Assembly: GCA_963932905.1 (NCBI GenBank) | Contig: CAWVRN010000021.1 | Coordinates: 11,799 to 75,798 of the forward strand | Direction of reading: 5' to 3' | Length of the DNA: 64,000 nt | Source of the DNA: an uncultured Bdellovibrio sp. | Lineage (GTDB): Bacteria; Bdellovibrionota; Bdellovibrionia; Bdellovibrionales; Bdellovibrionaceae | Shown: one piece after another, positions 20,201-30,179 of the stretch | How the letters are laid out: each line of letters opens with the position of its first letter | How positions within the stretch are numbered: position 1 is the first letter of the stretch | Made by a program: the position numbers and the translations under genes | The notes under the pieces: generated by a model | Told to the model about the DNA's origin: nothing | Databases searched by the model: none | Seen by the model: the letters and a program-made list of their open reading frames with translations, nothing else

Positions 20201-20432
20201 GAGCCGGATTTACTTGTTCGACTGGCTGATTCATTTTTGGTTCTGGAGGCGTTTCCACGGGAAAACTGTATGTTTCGCCTGCTGGAGATGCGATCCAGCG
20301 ATCTCTCATCATCGATATTGTAAGACCCAATCCAATAATAACGGCAAATGCAATTAACCAATAGACCGCTTTTGCCGGGAAAGATTCCGCAGCTTGCGAT
20401 GGAGCATTGGCTTGTTGTACCGTTGTTGCCAT
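20175..20432 (-). CDS. Small single-TM, Pro-rich hypothetical protein
   Basis: AAGGAGG SD, one TM, Pro-rich tail. Confidence 0.7.
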   Translation of the reverse strand: MATTVQQANAPSQAAESFPAKAVYWLIAFAVIIGLGLTISMMRDRWIASPAGETYSFPVETPPEPKMNQPVEQVNPAPTNGAPVQ

Positions 20433-20478
20433 AGATCCTCCTTTTAAAGTGCTTTAATAAGCTTTTTAATTAAGAAGG

Positions 20479-20494
20479 TGCAAATCTAGTTCCG
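20479..20494 (-). promoter_or_regulatory. Putative sigma54 promoter
   Basis: Minus strand CGGAACTAGATTTGCA (GG-N10-GC) upstream of ORF 20432. Confidence 0.45.
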
Positions 20495-20518
20495 AAATAG
20501 ACTGATAGCTAACAGATT

Positions 20519-21187
20519 CTAAAAAGAATAGCCTTTGTTCTTAAAAGCTTGGATGAAATTATTTTTTCCGTCGCTAGTTACCACGTCCCCATGAGCCATA
20601 ACGATTTGATCAAAATTCCAATTTAAAATACTTTTTACTGAATTTTGAAAAGCGGTACGATCTTTCACAATACTCATGGTAAGTCGACTAACACCAAATT
20701 TTTTATAAGTGCCGACAATTCGTAACATTATAGGAGCCGCCCATCCCTTAGGATGAGTCATATTAAACAAAAGATCGGTGACAATCAGTGATCGCGTGGC
20801 TTTATCAAAAAATACGACCTCGTTTAATCCGGGCATTCCTTTTAGTGTAACAAGATCAATTTCATCAGAATGCGGCCATGAATCCTGACCAAAAATTTTA
20901 TTCCATTTTATTTCGGGCAGTTTTTCTTTGCAACCTTCGGGGCCCCAAATATTCGCGCTTTTAAAACGTTGGACCGTTTTAGGTAAATGCAAATGATGTA
21001 GTAGTGAGGGAGCCACAAGATCAGTGACTGGACCTAGTTCTTCAATTTGTCGATATTGTTCATCGGTGAATCTGATAGGTGAAATTATGACCACACCTTT
21101 GGCCGTTTTAATTACTGTCGAGCGAAGAGGTAAAATCACCATTTTCGCTGGCATATTTAGCTCAGACTCAAAAAAATGAATACTCAT
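20519..21187 (-). CDS. DUF4336-like metallo-beta-lactamase-fold protein
   Basis: APSLLHHLHL, EVVFF, LIVTDL, MAHG. Confidence 0.8.
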   Translation of the reverse strand: MSIHFFESELNMPAKMVILPLRSTVIKTAKGVVIISPIRFTDEQYRQIEELGPVTDLVAPSLLHHLHLPKTVQRFKSANIWGPEGCKEKLPEIKWNKIFGQDSWPHSDEIDLVTLKGMPGLNEVVFFDKATRSLIVTDLLFNMTHPKGWAAPIMLRIVGTYKKFGVSRLTMSIVKDRTAFQNSVKSILNWNFDQIVMAHGDVVTSDGKNNFIQAFKNKGYSF

Positions 21188-21300
21188 AGTATGAGCTTAA
21201 ACATTCTAAACATGCGTCGGCAAGAGGATATGTTGACCTCATTGGTGTCCAGAGTTAACTATTTCCGTAACAAAATATCGTTATTACTTTTGGAGGCAAA

Positions 21301-21900
21301 ATGAACAACAGAAAACCAGACTATCCTATTGATCCGCAATTTATCGAGCGTTGGTCAACACGCGCGTTTTCTAATGAAGAAATTTCTGATGAAACTCTAC
21401 GAACGGGATTCGAAGCCGCTCGTTGGGCTCCATCGGCTAGCAACAGTCAACCTTGGAGGTTTTTGTTTTCACGCCGCGGAACACAAACGTGGGATTTGTA
21501 CACTAGTTTTCTAGTGGAAGGTAATCGCGTGTGGGCTTCTAAAGCAGCAGCATTGATAGTGGTTTTGTCTAAAAAGGATTTTAAATCGGGCGATAAAATT
21601 TCTGTTTCAGATAGTCATTCTTTTGATACGGGATCAGCATGGATGAGTTTTGCATTGGAGATGAATAAAGTTGGTTGGTACACGCACTGTATGGCGGGTA
21701 TTCATCATTCTCAGATTAAATCTGAATTTAAATTGCCTGATAACTTCACGGTGGAAGCTATGGTTGCTGTGGGTAAATTGGGTGATAAAAAATCACTTCC
21801 CGATTTCCTTCAAGCACGTGAAGAACCAAATGCGCGCAAGCCTGTAAAAAGTTTCGTAAATGAAGGCGGCTTTCCTGCGGATTGGCTTAAAACAGAGTAG
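21301..21900 (+). CDS. Nitroreductase family protein
   Basis: RWSTRAF, AARWAPSASNSQPWRF, FDTGSAW. Confidence 0.92.
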   Translation: MNNRKPDYPIDPQFIERWSTRAFSNEEISDETLRTGFEAARWAPSASNSQPWRFLFSRRGTQTWDLYTSFLVEGNRVWASKAAALIVVLSKKDFKSGDKISVSDSHSFDTGSAWMSFALEMNKVGWYTHCMAGIHHSQIKSEFKLPDNFTVEAMVAVGKLGDKKSLPDFLQAREEPNARKPVKSFVNEGGFPADWLKTE

Positions 21901-21965
21901 GCGCCTAGGCGTACTATTTGCTGAACCCTAAGCGGGCGTTTCTTAAACGAAATAAGGGGTACTTT

Positions 21966-22673
21966 ATGCTTAGGGTTTTGAAATTAATACCGTTACTTGT
22001 TGTGGCCGTAATTCATATCGGCTGTAACAAAGATGCAGGTAAATCGGCACCAGTGGCGGTACCACTGAATGCGGCCGGGCTTAATATAAAAAATGAATGC
22101 CCATCTATCCGTCAAAATTTAGAATCTAATCGCCACTCGTTAACTCCGGGAGTTCGCTTAACGCCATTGATGAAAGCGTCTTTCGAAGGTAACACATCCA
22201 GAATTCGCTCTTTGTTAATGCATGATAAAAATATCGATATGAAAGATCGCTATGGAAGAACTGCATTACAATATGCGATTCTAGGTGGAAACGTGGACGC
22301 GTTTATGATTCTGTTTCGTGCAGGTGCCAATATCAACCTGCAAAATACATTCAAAGCTTCGTCGGTGCATTTAGCTGCTGTTTGGAACCGTACTGAAATG
22401 GTTAAGGTGATGGTGTCGTCTGGCCGATTAGACGTAAATTCAACAAGTAAATTTCAAGGTCTAACTCTGCTTCATTCGGCAGCTGCAAATTGTAATTTGG
22501 AACTGATTCAATTCCTAATTCAGAAAGGTGCGGATATAAACAAAAAAAGTGCTGATGTCCGAAAAAATGAAGTGATGGTTTCAGGGAGAACGCCTTTGAA
22601 AGAGGCCGTGGCTGTAAGTGCCGGCGAATCGATTGATTTACTTCTGCAGCTAGGGGCTGATCCAAGTCTGTAA
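21966..22673 (+). CDS. Ankyrin-repeat lipoprotein
   Basis: Lipobox-like IHIGC; TPLMKA, GRTALQYA, TLLHSAA, GRTPL ankyrin repeats. Confidence 0.85.
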   Translation: MLRVLKLIPLLVVAVIHIGCNKDAGKSAPVAVPLNAAGLNIKNECPSIRQNLESNRHSLTPGVRLTPLMKASFEGNTSRIRSLLMHDKNIDMKDRYGRTALQYAILGGNVDAFMILFRAGANINLQNTFKASSVHLAAVWNRTEMVKVMVSSGRLDVNSTSKFQGLTLLHSAAANCNLELIQFLIQKGADINKKSADVRKNEVMVSGRTPLKEAVAVSAGESIDLLLQLGADPSL

Positions 22674-22749
22674 CTTGTTCGATAACAGTTTGCAAAAGGT
22701 CTGCCTATTTATCTTTACAATAAAAGTAGACCTTCATAAGCTTGATCGG

Positions 22750-23043
22750 ATGAAAGATTATCAAAATATTTTCAGCGTCTTAATCACATTGTTCCTATCA
22801 ACGTCTTATTCGAAATCACCTACAAAGGAAGTCAAACCCAAAGAAGCCGCTGTGGCGGTTACAAGTTCTTTTGATTTGCCAAAAGGTTTTGAGGCTTCTG
22901 AAGTTCAAAAAAAAGAAATTCAAGATTGGTTTACAAAATATGTAGACATACTGGTTCGTGAAGGAGGTAAATGGAAATTCCAAACAATGGCCCAGGCCGG
23001 TTGGGGTGATTTGCTTAAAACACGAAAGAAACCGACTCAATAG
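22750..23043 (+). pseudogene. Secreted NTF2/SnoaL-like protein apparently lacking its core
   Basis: N-terminal helix (IQDWFTKY) is fused directly to the family C-terminal strands (VDILVREGGKWKFQTMAQAGWGD). Confidence 0.5.
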
Positions 23044-23053
23044 TGGAGGCTGC

Positions 23054-23467
23054 ATGACGTTTTTAAAAACCTTTGGCGTATCCATAGTGTCCTTTGCCGT
23101 TCTTGATTTTTTGTGGTTTAAATTTGTGGTGAAAGATTTTAATTCGCGTGAGCTCGCAGAGATTGGCCGAATTAAAGACGGTGAATTTGATATACTGCTA
23201 GCGCCGGCGCTAGGAACGTATGTCTTAATGGCGTTAGCAATGGCTTTGTTTGTGGTGCCAAATTTGTCTGGCGATAGTGCGTGGTGGAAAGCTTTTCTGT
23301 TAAGTGCGTGCATGGGATTAATTATATATGGCATATTCGACATGACTAACTTGGCAATACTAAAAAATTACCCTATCAAGTTTATGCTTGCAGATATGGC
23401 TTGGGGAACTTTTGTATTTGGACTTGTTGGTTGTCTAGCTCACTGGGTGGTCAATGTACGTACCTAA
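23054..23467 (+). CDS. DUF2177-like membrane protein
   Basis: LDFLWF, YGIFDMTNLA, ADMAWG; GGAGG SD. Confidence 0.8.
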   Translation: MTFLKTFGVSIVSFAVLDFLWFKFVVKDFNSRELAEIGRIKDGEFDILLAPALGTYVLMALAMALFVVPNLSGDSAWWKAFLLSACMGLIIYGIFDMTNLAILKNYPIKFMLADMAWGTFVFGLVGCLAHWVVNVRT

Positions 23468-23540
23468 ACATTTTTCTGGATCCGAAGAAAAAAACTGGAA
23501 ATTTTGTTACTGAGCTAGTTGTCCTAGCCAACATGTTCTG

Positions 23541-24371
23541 TCAACTTGATCTGGACAATTTGATTATAGTCGGCAGACTTTCTATCAAATCTAGCGGACG
23601 CATGCTAATGACATCATTTCCATTTCTTAGAAACCGTTTGGAAGCCAGTCCGTGAAGATAGGCTCCCAAGGCGGCTGCGAGGCTGGGTTTTAAACCTTGA
23701 GCAAGTAATCCTCCTATGATTCCAGCCAGTACGTCACCTGTTCCTGCTTTCGCTAATGCTGGCGTTCCTGATTTTGATTTCCAAATAATTTCACCGTCGG
23801 CGATATAGGTGATTGTGCCTTTAAGTAAAATAGTGCATCCATATTTTTTTTGTGCGAGATCTGCATAGCGACTGGGACTTCTTCTTATTTCGTCAGAAGA
23901 AATGTTCAATAGTCGAGCAAGTTCGCCTTCATGAGGAGTTAATATCCAACTTGAAGGAATTTTAGGTTCTTTAATTTTAGATAAAAGTGTTAGGCCGTCA
24001 GCATCAAGTATGACATTTTCTAATTTATTTTTAATAAAATAATTTAGATTGGATTTTGCTTTTATTGAAATGCCTAAACCAGGCCCCAAAACGTAAGCCG
24101 TAGCCTTTATTTTTTTCAACAATTCAATTTTAGGTCTTAAAAACAAAATATCAGGATGTTTAAGTAGTTGCGGATTGGTCCAATCCATCATTAGGTATGT
24201 ATACCCGGCACCTGATCGAGTCGCCGCCAGCGCTGATAAAATGCCAGCGCCATACATTCCTGCAGACCCCGCGACTATAACAAGTTTACCAGCGTGTGTT
24301 TTATTGGATTTTTTAGTGCGTGTAGGAAGATATTTTTTAACCAGTGCTTTCGTTACCAAACTTGTTTTCAT
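23541..24371 (-). CDS. nnrD: NAD(P)H-hydrate dehydratase (stand-alone YjeF-C)
   Basis: GPGLG, DADGL, TPHEGE, LLKG, GTGDVLAG. Confidence 0.88.
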   Translation of the reverse strand: MKTSLVTKALVKKYLPTRTKKSNKTHAGKLVIVAGSAGMYGAGILSALAATRSGAGYTYLMMDWTNPQLLKHPDILFLRPKIELLKKIKATAYVLGPGLGISIKAKSNLNYFIKNKLENVILDADGLTLLSKIKEPKIPSSWILTPHEGELARLLNISSDEIRRSPSRYADLAQKKYGCTILLKGTITYIADGEIIWKSKSGTPALAKAGTGDVLAGIIGGLLAQGLKPSLAAALGAYLHGLASKRFLRNGNDVISMRPLDLIESLPTIIKLSRSS

Positions 24372-24508
24372 ACATATCATTTTGAGCTTAAAAGAAACGT
24401 TTGTCCACAAAAGGGGACAAGTGCAGTGACAAATAAGGAGTTTGCGGGTCGGCTAGGAACTTAGCAACTATCAGCTTGTGGCATTGATTATGCAACTTCA
24501 GTTGTTCT

Positions 24509-24940
24509 ATGAGGCCGGATTACCACGTTTTCTTTGCAACTTATGTGGATTCATACAATCAAGCCCTTACGGGAAAGCTTGATACCGACCTTATTCGCAG
24601 TTTTTTTGCTGACAAATTTCTATCGGCGGGTCCTGAAACTGTTTCGACAGGAAAAAATGGATTCCTTTTTTCAATGCTTTTAAAAAAAGGATACGCGTTT
24701 TATAAAAAAATGGGTGCTCGGCATTTACGAATTAAAAAACTGGCGGTAACAGCCATCGATTACTTTCATGATATGGTAAAAATTCAATACAACGCAGAAT
24801 ACGTTAAAAAATCGGGGGAACCATTTTCTATGGATTTTGAGGTTACCTATTTTGTACAGCATCCAGATGACGTGCCAAAGATATTTGGATTTGTCGCCGG
24901 TGATGAAATGCGGATGTATAAAGAGGCCGGCTTGATTTAG
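24509..24940 (+). CDS. Hypothetical protein, probable NTF2-like fold
   Basis: 143-aa ORF with helix/strand pattern ending KIFGFVAGDE. Confidence 0.6.
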   Translation: MRPDYHVFFATYVDSYNQALTGKLDTDLIRSFFADKFLSAGPETVSTGKNGFLFSMLLKKGYAFYKKMGARHLRIKKLAVTAIDYFHDMVKIQYNAEYVKKSGEPFSMDFEVTYFVQHPDDVPKIFGFVAGDEMRMYKEAGLI

Positions 24941-24949
24941 CGGAATGAT

Positions 24950-25552
24950 TCAAGCTTGAATAGTTTGAAAATAACGCTTCAGTGAATCATACAAAGTATC
25001 AAATGCTTTCGGTTCATCTAAACCTTTCAGCATACCGTAAATACCTTCATGAACCATTACTATAAAATGTGCCACTTGACGGGTGTTTACATCAGATTTT
25101 AGTTGTCCTTGTTTTTTTGCTTTCTTAAGAATGAAATCTGTTTCATCAATCCAAAGATTCAAAGCAATTTGTAGGCGTTTTCTAAATCCTTCATCAACAG
25201 GTGACATTTCTTGTACTAAATTATTTAGAGGGCAGCCCAATCTTAAATTTTCCATACTGGACTTGCCGATCAAAGTTTTCATTTGTTTTAAAATTCCATC
25301 TAGAGGATTTTCATATTCGGCAAGAGGAGTAATCCATCGATCGATAATCATTGGCTTGATCACATCATCCACAAGAGCATAACCAAGATCTAGTTTAGTC
25401 GGGAAGTGATGATAGAATGCACCTTTTGTTAACGATGTTTTTTTAACAATATCGTCGACACTGACGCCTTGGAAACCACGGCTGAAGACTTCCATGAATG
25501 CTACATCTAAAATTTCTTTTCTAGTTTTTTCTAGGTCCCTACTTTTTCGCAT
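24950..25552 (-). CDS. TetR-family regulator
   Basis: HTH GVSVDDI...TKGAFYHHF; GCPLNNL C-domain. Confidence 0.92.
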   Translation of the reverse strand: MRKSRDLEKTRKEILDVAFMEVFSRGFQGVSVDDIVKKTSLTKGAFYHHFPTKLDLGYALVDDVIKPMIIDRWITPLAEYENPLDGILKQMKTLIGKSSMENLRLGCPLNNLVQEMSPVDEGFRKRLQIALNLWIDETDFILKKAKKQGQLKSDVNTRQVAHFIVMVHEGIYGMLKGLDEPKAFDTLYDSLKRYFQTIQA

Positions 25553-25581
25553 GTTGAAAGTCTAGCAAGCTTAACCCGATT

Positions 25582-25609
25582 TGACAACATACTAATCGGT
25601 ATGTTGTCA
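25582..25609. promoter_or_regulatory. TetR operator overlapping a TTGACA -35 box
   Basis: TGACAACATAC-N6-GTATGTTGTCA perfect 11-bp inverted repeat between divergent genes. Confidence 0.8.
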
Positions 25610-25633
25610 TGTTTGAAGAAAAAGAGGTTAATT

Positions 25634-26182
25634 ATGGCAAAAAAAATAGGTTTAGCGGTATTGGTTTTAGTAATAGTATTTTTAGGGTATGTATCGACTC
25701 GCGAAGGAAAGTTTCGCTACGAGCGAAGCGGATTGATAGACGCACCAGCGGATAAAATATTTCCATATATTAGCAATTTCAAACTGGGCGGCGAGTGGTC
25801 ACCTTATGAAAAAGTAGATCCCAATATGAAAAAGACATTTGGTGGAACCGATGGGCAAGTCGGTGCGACCATGGATTTTGATGGAAATGCTGAAGCTGGT
25901 TCTGGAAAACTAGAAATTTTAAAAATAGTGCCTAATCAGTTGGTGGAAATTAAGTTAACAATGACAAAACCGTTCTTTGCGGAAAACTTAGTTACATACA
26001 CATTAACCTCCGAAGGCGCATCGACTCGATTTTCATGGGCCATGTCAGGTGATGGTGGTTTCCTAGGAAAACTAATTGGTACTTTAATAGATTGCGAAGC
26101 CATGGTCGCAGGCTCATTCAGCCAGGGTATTGCTAATTTGAAAGCAATTATTGAAGGACAAAAACAAAGCGCAAATCAATAA
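25634..26182 (+). CDS. SRPBCC (START-like) family protein
   Basis: N-terminal TM; WSPY..DP, AGSG, TRFSWAM, GIANLK. Confidence 0.85.
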   Translation: MAKKIGLAVLVLVIVFLGYVSTREGKFRYERSGLIDAPADKIFPYISNFKLGGEWSPYEKVDPNMKKTFGGTDGQVGATMDFDGNAEAGSGKLEILKIVPNQLVEIKLTMTKPFFAENLVTYTLTSEGASTRFSWAMSGDGGFLGKLIGTLIDCEAMVAGSFSQGIANLKAIIEGQKQSANQ

Positions 26183-26185
26183 TCC

Positions 26186-26201
26186 TGGCATTTACGTTGC
26201 A
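26186..26201 (+). promoter_or_regulatory. Putative sigma54 promoter
   Basis: TGGCATTTACGTTGCA fits TGGCA-N6-TTGCA (GG-N10-GC). Confidence 0.6.
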
Positions 26202-26267
26202 CACTCTTTTACAAACTGAATTTTTCTTCTTGTTTTGAGGAATAGTTCTACAGAGTAAAGGAGTGCA

Positions 26268-26456
26268 GTGATGGAAACTCAGCAAATGTCCCCAGTTTCT
26301 AATGAAGGAACTTGGAAACGCGAAGAGGCTTACGAAAAACGTAAAGAGCCGTCTCCAAAGCCAGATGTTTCAAATCCAAATAAACCGGAAGTCGTTGAAC
26401 CTCAGTTCGATAAACCTGATGTCGGTGTGCCAAAACCTATTAAATCCCAATTTTAG
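26268..26456 (+). CDS. Small Pro/Lys-rich hypothetical protein
   Basis: AAGGAG SD; three KP(D/E)V units. Confidence 0.6.
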   Translation: MMETQQMSPVSNEGTWKREEAYEKRKEPSPKPDVSNPNKPEVVEPQFDKPDVGVPKPIKSQF

Positions 26457-26491
26457 GAGTTGAATGTGTCCCAAGGAAGTAAAGCCAAATA

Positions 26492-28096
26492 TTAGTGAAC
26501 GCTATAGGCATGGCCGGCAATGCAGGAGATCAGTTCTTTGGGGTTGATTGGTTTTGTCAGGTGATCGGTGTAGCCAACAGAAAGACATTTTTTTCTGACT
26601 TCGCTCATCGCATGAGCCGTTAGTGCAATGATCGGTTTTTTGTACCCGTTGTCACGTAGCCGTTTAGTAGCTGTGTACCCATCCATCAATGGCATTTGCA
26701 CGTCCATTAATACCAAGTCATAATTTCCATTGATCGCTTTCTCAAAACCATCGAGTCCATTTTCAGCTGATTCTAAAAGAGCACCCGCTTTAGTTAAGAA
26801 GTGCCAAATTAAAAGCTGGTTATCTGGGGCATCGTCAACCACCAGGACTTTTACATTTTTTAGGAGTAGGCCGCCATCAGTGAGAGCACTGATGGTGTAA
26901 TCCTTCTTTTTCTCTGCCATCTCGAAAGACATTTCTCGTTTTTCTGGGCAGTCGTCAAAGGTGAACAAGAAAGTACTTCCAAGATCAGGTATAGAAGATT
27001 TAACAATAACATTTCCGCCAAGAGCCTTAGCTAGTTTCCTCGATAACGCTAAACCCAAGCCAGTACCGCCGAATCGTCGTGTCGTCGAGGTTTCGCCTTG
27101 GACAAACATTTCAAAAAGTTTTTCTTCTTGGCCAGGCGTAATCCCAAGTCCTGTATCGGTAACTTCATACGCAACAAGTTCGCGACCATTCGCGTTTTTC
27201 AATTTCAAACTTCTAATAGTAACAGAACCATTTTCTGTAAATTTGATCGCGTTGCTGACTAAATTAGTCAGCACCTGACGAACCCTGACTGGATCTGAAA
27301 CCATTTCATTCGGAGTCGAAGTGTCGGCAATATATCTTAGATTCAGATTTTTCTCTTTGGCTTTAACTTGGAATAAAGAAACGACTTCTTCTGCAATTTG
27401 TCTCGGTTTAGTTGTCAAGTACTCAAGTCTTAAATGACCAGCTTCTACTTTTGAAAGATCTAAAATATCGTTAATGATAAACGACAGCTGTTGTCCATTT
27501 TTTATTAAAATATCCACGCAGCTGATTCGTTCTTCTGAGGTTAGGTTTTCTTCGCGCAGAAGATCAGCAAAGCCAATCATGGCACTCAGTGGGGTTCTAA
27601 TTTCATGTGACATATTTGCTAGGAACGCTGATTTCAATTCATTAGCTCGTTCGGCTTCTTCTTTAGCACGACGATATTTCGCAATCGCTACCACTTTTTC
27701 GGTGACGTCCGTAATAGTTGAAAAAAGGCCGATGATTTTGCCTTCTGAATTTTTATAGGGCTGACAAACAAAATCTATAAATAATTTTTTTGTGGTTCCA
27801 TCTTGAAGATAAACTTCAAATGGATATTCTTTTCCATCAAACGGTTTTCCGTTAAGGAATGCGTCGTCTAGAAAGGGTTTGAAGCCTTGGGCAAGAACTT
27901 CAGGAAGCGCGTCAAAAATAGATTTACCAATTAAGTCAGATTCAGAAACGCAAAGTAAGTCTGCATAGTGAGGATTAGCCAGCTTGAAAATGTGATTAGG
28001 GCCTTCCAAAAGACAAACAGCCACCGGTGCTTCCATAAAAAAAGCATACGATTGTGCTGGATCCATCTGTAAAATTTTATCCCCAAATTTTGACAT
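26492..28096 (-). CDS. Cytoplasmic PAS hybrid histidine kinase/receiver
   Basis: PAS domain, SHEIRTPL, NAIKF, GGTGLGL, receiver MDVQMP. Confidence 0.92.
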   Translation of the reverse strand: MSKFGDKILQMDPAQSYAFFMEAPVAVCLLEGPNHIFKLANPHYADLLCVSESDLIGKSIFDALPEVLAQGFKPFLDDAFLNGKPFDGKEYPFEVYLQDGTTKKLFIDFVCQPYKNSEGKIIGLFSTITDVTEKVVAIAKYRRAKEEAERANELKSAFLANMSHEIRTPLSAMIGFADLLREENLTSEERISCVDILIKNGQQLSFIINDILDLSKVEAGHLRLEYLTTKPRQIAEEVVSLFQVKAKEKNLNLRYIADTSTPNEMVSDPVRVRQVLTNLVSNAIKFTENGSVTIRSLKLKNANGRELVAYEVTDTGLGITPGQEEKLFEMFVQGETSTTRRFGGTGLGLALSRKLAKALGGNVIVKSSIPDLGSTFLFTFDDCPEKREMSFEMAEKKKDYTISALTDGGLLLKNVKVLVVDDAPDNQLLIWHFLTKAGALLESAENGLDGFEKAINGNYDLVLMDVQMPLMDGYTATKRLRDNGYKKPIIALTAHAMSEVRKKCLSVGYTDHLTKPINPKELISCIAGHAYSVH

Positions 28097-28246
28097 AGGC
28101 CTTTCAAGTTGATAGACAAATTAAAGTAAAATAGTTTTGTGCCATGATTGTTTTCCTTTTGCAATTCTAGTTTATCAATCATCAAGAACAATTTTTTTTA
28201 AACGGTTACTTGACTAAAGTAAAATGGTTTAGTTTTGATATCAAGA

Positions 28247-28980
28247 TTAATTTATAGGAAGTCCGCCAGTCTCTGCCAGTATGGCCCCCGTGATATAACT
28301 CGAATCGGCTTCTGAAGCCAAAAATACATAAGCCGGTGCAATTTCTTCGGGCTGCGCAGGGCGTTTTATTGGTTGTTTGATTCCAAATTGTTTAACTTTT
28401 GATGTCTTCGTTCCTTTGTCAAAAACATTCAGTGGTGTCCACACGGGGCCAGGTGCAACTGCATTCACTCGGATTTGTTGTCTACTAACATTTGTGCTAG
28501 TGATTTGGTGAAGGTATTGATAGCTCCTTTTGTGGCTGAATAGTCTGGAAGTTCTTTAGGTCCAAGCATTGCTGACCAAAATGTCGATTCCACCTAACTT
28601 AGATACAGTTTTTTCCACGCTTTTTTACAGAAGTTTTCTTTACATAGGTCGCCTGGTATCAAGACACAGATTCGTCCTAACGCTTCCACATGTTCCTTTG
28701 TTACTTGTGCATCCTTAATTTCTTCGGGAAGAAAAGTAATCGCAATATCTGCGCCTTCACGGGCATACAGAACAGCGACGGCACGACCGATACCGCTATC
28801 ACCACCAGTGATTAATGCTTTTTTTCCAAATAATTTTCCGGCCGGTCGATAATCAGGAGCCGCGAATTGAGGTCTGGGATTGATTTTCCATTCTAGTCCT
28901 GGGGATTTTTGTTTTTGTCCAGGGAACGGTGGTTTAGGTTTTCTGTGATTTTGGGGTGTCTTGTGTGCTGTCTTTATCAT
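28247..28980 (-). pseudogene. YhdF/YghA-like SDR, disrupted
   Basis: TGGDSGIG, YSATK and VNAVAPGP lie in different frames; 1-nt losses near 28619 and 28480; segment between VSNA and GPKELPDY missing. Confidence 0.85.
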
Positions 28981-29078
28981 GCTTTCCTCCGACATTTGAA
29001 GTAAGCACATACCAAGGTTTCATAGATTCTTCTGATGGACAGTGTGGCTGCAACACCAATAAGAACTGCGTTTAGAAC

Positions 29079-29488
29079 TTAAAACCAACGTTTGTGTTCA
29101 ATGATAAGACAACGATTTGAGACGACTTTGATTCCTGCATTTTCCGCTTTTAGTTCCGCTTCGGGGTGCGAAATTCCCAATTGCAACCAAAGAACTTCGA
29201 CGCCGCCGGTGTTGATCACTTCATCAACCACGTCAGGTATTTTATCAGAGCTTCGAAATACATCTAAAAACTTTCTGTATTCGGGAGGAATATCACTTAG
29301 CTTGCTGTAAATTTTAAAACCACAACTGAATGATTTTTTGGGTAGGTACCTACCATATCCCAACCATGATTTTTCATGTATAAGGGAACATAGTGGCTGG
29401 GTTTATCTTCATCAGGACTAAGTCCATACACCGCAAATTTTTTGTAGTCGGAAAGAAGTTTTTTAATTTCGTTGTCTTTTACGTTCAT
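29079..29488 (-). pseudogene. CoA-binding protein (YccU-like), frameshifted
   Basis: N-half (AVYGLS...PSHYV) and C-half (DVFR, WLQLGI, NRC) are joined by a 1-nt loss near 29322. Confidence 0.8.
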
Positions 29489-29564
29489 TTATAACCTCGA
29501 TGAGAGTTTAAGTAGTTCGGAAGGTACTCTGCAAAACCTTTAGTTTTTGTATGGCGATATACAA

Positions 29565-30167
29565 TCATTGTGAATGAATCAGTTTTTTTTCAATTCTTCT
29601 GTCAGGAACCAGCCATATTAATGCTGCGATTATGTATAGCGCCATAGCAACTCCTTCTAGATAAAAAGCAGCGATCATAGCTAAGCAGTATAGGGCCGGA
29701 GAAAGTTTTCCTTTCCAATCTTTTCCGACAGCCTGCTTTAGAATTGAATTTGGGCCCTGTGAACGAATGATTGTCTGTTGCAATAACCAATAAGCGATAG
29801 CTGACATCAATAGTGTTAGGCCATAGATCGCTGTTGGCATGGCCGCAAAATGGTTTTCACCCATCCACCCAGTCGAAAACGGAATCAGGGACAACCAAAA
29901 TAACAAATGCGAATTTGCCCACAGAATGCTGCCCGTAACATTTTTGCACATATGTAACATATGGTGATGATTGTTCCAGTAAATGCCTAGATAAATGAAA
30001 CTTAAAACATAGCTTAAGAAAACGGGAATCAACGGTTGCAGTGTTTCTAAGGTGTCACCATGAGGAACTTTTAATTCCAGCACCATAATAGTGATCAAAA
30101 TAGCAATGACTCCGTCGCTGAATGCTTCGAGTCTGGTTTTTCCTATGCCTGCGTGTTTGTCTTCCAA
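29565..30167 (-). CDS. TMEM175-family (DUF1211) K+ channel
   Basis: RLEAFSDGVIAI, YWNNHH, LIPF motifs. Confidence 0.9.
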   Translation of the reverse strand: MEDKHAGIGKTRLEAFSDGVIAILITIMVLELKVPHGDTLETLQPLIPVFLSYVLSFIYLGIYWNNHHHMLHMCKNVTGSILWANSHLLFWLSLIPFSTGWMGENHFAAMPTAIYGLTLLMSAIAYWLLQQTIIRSQGPNSILKQAVGKDWKGKLSPALYCLAMIAAFYLEGVAMALYIIAALIWLVPDRRIEKKLIHSQ

Positions 30168-30179
30168 ATTTTACCTCTT

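Noticed and set aside
22816..23343. 175-aa minus-strand ORF
   Set aside because: Antisense to the DUF2177-like gene, which has an SD and family motifs
29297..29363. Programmed frameshift in the CoA-binding gene
   Set aside because: The homology break near 29322 is not at a canonical slippery heptamer, and the neighbouring SDR has similar 1-nt losses
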